NCBI GenBank assembly: GCA_026770705.1
Contig: JANJGN010000026.1
Coordinates: forward strand, 34,348,001-34,412,000
DNA length: 64,000 nucleotides
Direction of reading: 5' to 3'
From: Isurus oxyrinchus
Taxonomy: Eukaryota
Below the pieces are notes generated by a model. That model did no database searches and was not told the origin of the DNA. It saw only the letters and a list, made by a program, of their open reading frames with translations. Position 1 is the first letter of the stretch. Every line of letters begins with the position of its first letter. The position numbers and the translations under genes were made by a program. Shown piece after piece: positions 61,900-64,000 of this stretch.

Positions 61900-63140
61900 T
61901 TTCACAGGAGGTGAATAATGCAAAAATCACCACACTATCTGAAAACAAAGCCGACAGATGAGACTGCAACAACTACAGTGATATCTCACTCATAGAGTTA
62001 CGGGGAAGGCCTTTGCTGGGGTCATGCTTTAAAGACTTCATCTGGTTGCAGGCTGCAGCACAGTGTGATGTTTTTGTCGGAAATATTCTCTGGAAATGAT
62101 CTGCTCCAAATGCTCGACACTGTCAGAAGAACAGGACTCTGCAAGATTTCGGGAAAAGTTGACTATCCACCAAAGCTCCTCAGTATGATTCACTCCTTCC
62201 ATGACAACATGCACTGCACTGCACAGATTGATGATTCCACGAAGTGAAGAATGGAGTAAAGAATGGAATGAAACAGGCCTGTATCTTAGCCTTACTCTTT
62301 TTGGCATCTTCTTCCCCATGCTGCTGATCTTTGCTTTCCCTGCAGATATGGAAGGAGTCAGGCTGCAAGCTGTACAATCTATAAGACTGAAAGCGAAGAC
62401 ATAAGCACATTGAATCCTGATCAGAGAATACTTCTATGCTGATAACCCTGTCGTCACAAAGAAACCTTACCCTCAAAGAATCATGAACTGACTCTCCCAT
62501 TCCTGTAACTTGTTCTCCCTGACTATAAGCATGGAGCAAACCGTGGTCATGGGACAAGGTGTTGTACTTTCACCATTGATCACACTAAATAACACCCGGA
62601 TGGAAGTAAATTCCACTCCCTGTGTTCCACGGTGGCAGGCAGCCTGTTCCTTGCTGCAGAACTTGATGCCTGCATGGGAAAAGCAGCTGCCACCTTTGGC
62701 TGACTCATGAAACGCCATTGGAATAAAATCAAACTGGCCCTTAGGACCAAGCCTGTGTCCTCAGCACCTTGCTCTATGGCTGTGAAACATGAACAAATTA
62801 TTGTTATCAAGAAAACAAGCTCCACAATTTCCATCTTCACTGCCTGCTGCGCATTATGGATATGTACTGGCAGGATAAAGTCACGAACGCAGTGGTACTC
62901 TCAAAGGCAGAGCTCCCAAAATGCAGAACTCATCAAACAGAAGCAGTTTTTGTGGTTTGGGAACATCCGCAGGATGGATCATGGTCATATACGCAGAAAC
63001 TTTCTGTAAGATGAGGTACCCGGAGGCAGGCAACCAATGGGACGCCCAAAGCTCCGCTTCAAGGATGCTTGACCTTAAATATCAATTATCACAACTGAAT
63101 GCAGCTAACTGATGACTGAGGAAAATGACCACACCTCCTG
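61900..63140 (+). mobile_element. RTE-clade LINE RT fragment
   Basis: Homologous to 13170-13420 (DCNNY.DISL...GKAFA); DTVRRTGL..PPKLLSMIHSFHDNM, LLYAD and LWFGNIRRMDHG. Confidence 0.8.
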
Positions 63141-63837
63141 TGTGTTGGCATGAATCGCCACGATGACCAGCGGCAACAGCGGCTTGGCAGTTGAAGCCAA
63201 TACTGGAATAAAAAGCAACCCACAACGATATTTTGTACCTTCATATGCAGCACTTTCAGCAGAACCTGCCTCACAACAATTGGCCTCCTCAGACATCAGC
63301 ACTTCTGAAATGGATTTGTTTCCATTGTGTGTCTGTGTCCTTTCATAGATAGAAGGTTGTCCAGGATCTTCGTGAAATTCAGTTGCAAACACTATTATGT
63401 GCTTCTCCCTCTCTCTCTCCCTCTCCCTCACACACAGACCAAGATGGCAACTTGTGCTTCAACTTAAGATCTCACTTTGACTTCCTGGGAGGCTCCATAG
63501 CACTTAACTACCGAAGAAAATGACCCTAAATGTCCTTCAGGTGGTATGATGAACCAATAAGATCTCCCCAAAACTATGTTTGTTGAGGTGGACATTAAAG
63601 TTCCTGCCGTCTCTATACAGCTCCCTGGTCAACATCCCTCCCTTTAATCAAGATGAACAAAGATACATCACCAGGAATTAGGCCGCTTTACTCTGGTGCT
63701 GACTTTAACGTGCGCTAATCAACCACGTTCATCTGCAATTAATTGAATTTTGTTAAATTTTGACATCTTCTGCTGAATGCGATGTGGTATTACATCTGGG
63801 GAAGTGGATTCTTGAAACAATAATGTCAAAGATCTAA

Positions 63838-63971
63838 AAACAGAGAGATAAAAACAAAAAAACTCCGGATTGAGTTCTGCTGAAGGGTCATGAGGTCTCG
63901 AAACGTCAACTCTTTTCTTCTCCGCCGATGCTGCCAGACCTGCTGAGTTTTTCCAGGTAATTCTGTTTATA
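63838..63971 (+). mobile_element. 134-bp Penelope-pLTR-derived insertion with a hammerhead motif and 12-bp TSD
   Basis: Flanked by TCAAAGATCTAA at 63826-63837 and 63972-63983. Contains GAGTT-CTGCTGA-A-GGGTC-ATGAG-GTCTC-GAAAC-GTC-AACTC (63872-63912). Confidence 0.75.
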
Positions 63972-64000
63972 TCAAAGATCTAACCTGACAGCGACATTTT

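Overview
Eukaryotic, repeat-rich vertebrate DNA. The Ig organisation and repeat families indicate a cartilaginous fish, almost certainly a shark. The right half (about 38.5-58.9 kb, minus strand) holds one complete, unrearranged cluster-type IgM heavy-chain minilocus: promoter, leader, VH, D1, D2, JH, an ~11.9 kb intron, Cmu1-Cmu4 with secretory tail, TM1 and TM2. All RSSs and splice sites are readable, but Cmu3 has an in-frame TAG at 43545-43547. The J-C intron contains a ~2.3 kb repeat that is G-rich on the non-template strand, resembling a switch region. The left half (0.7-26.7 kb) is a cluster of KRAB-less C2H2 zinc-finger genes and pseudogenes with CpG-rich promoters; one relic ends at a decayed Ty1/Copia LTR retrotransposon. 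Between the two clusters (28.5-37 kb) lies a decayed tRNA gene cluster (Lys, Asn, Leu, Ser, Thr, Glu relics). CR1, L2, RTE, Penelope and SINE fragments fill the rest. Several ~140 bp Penelope-derived insertions carry minimal hammerhead-ribozyme cores. There is one assembly gap (51198-51355). Everything was read by eye: repeat boundaries are approximate and family names come from recalled consensus motifs.
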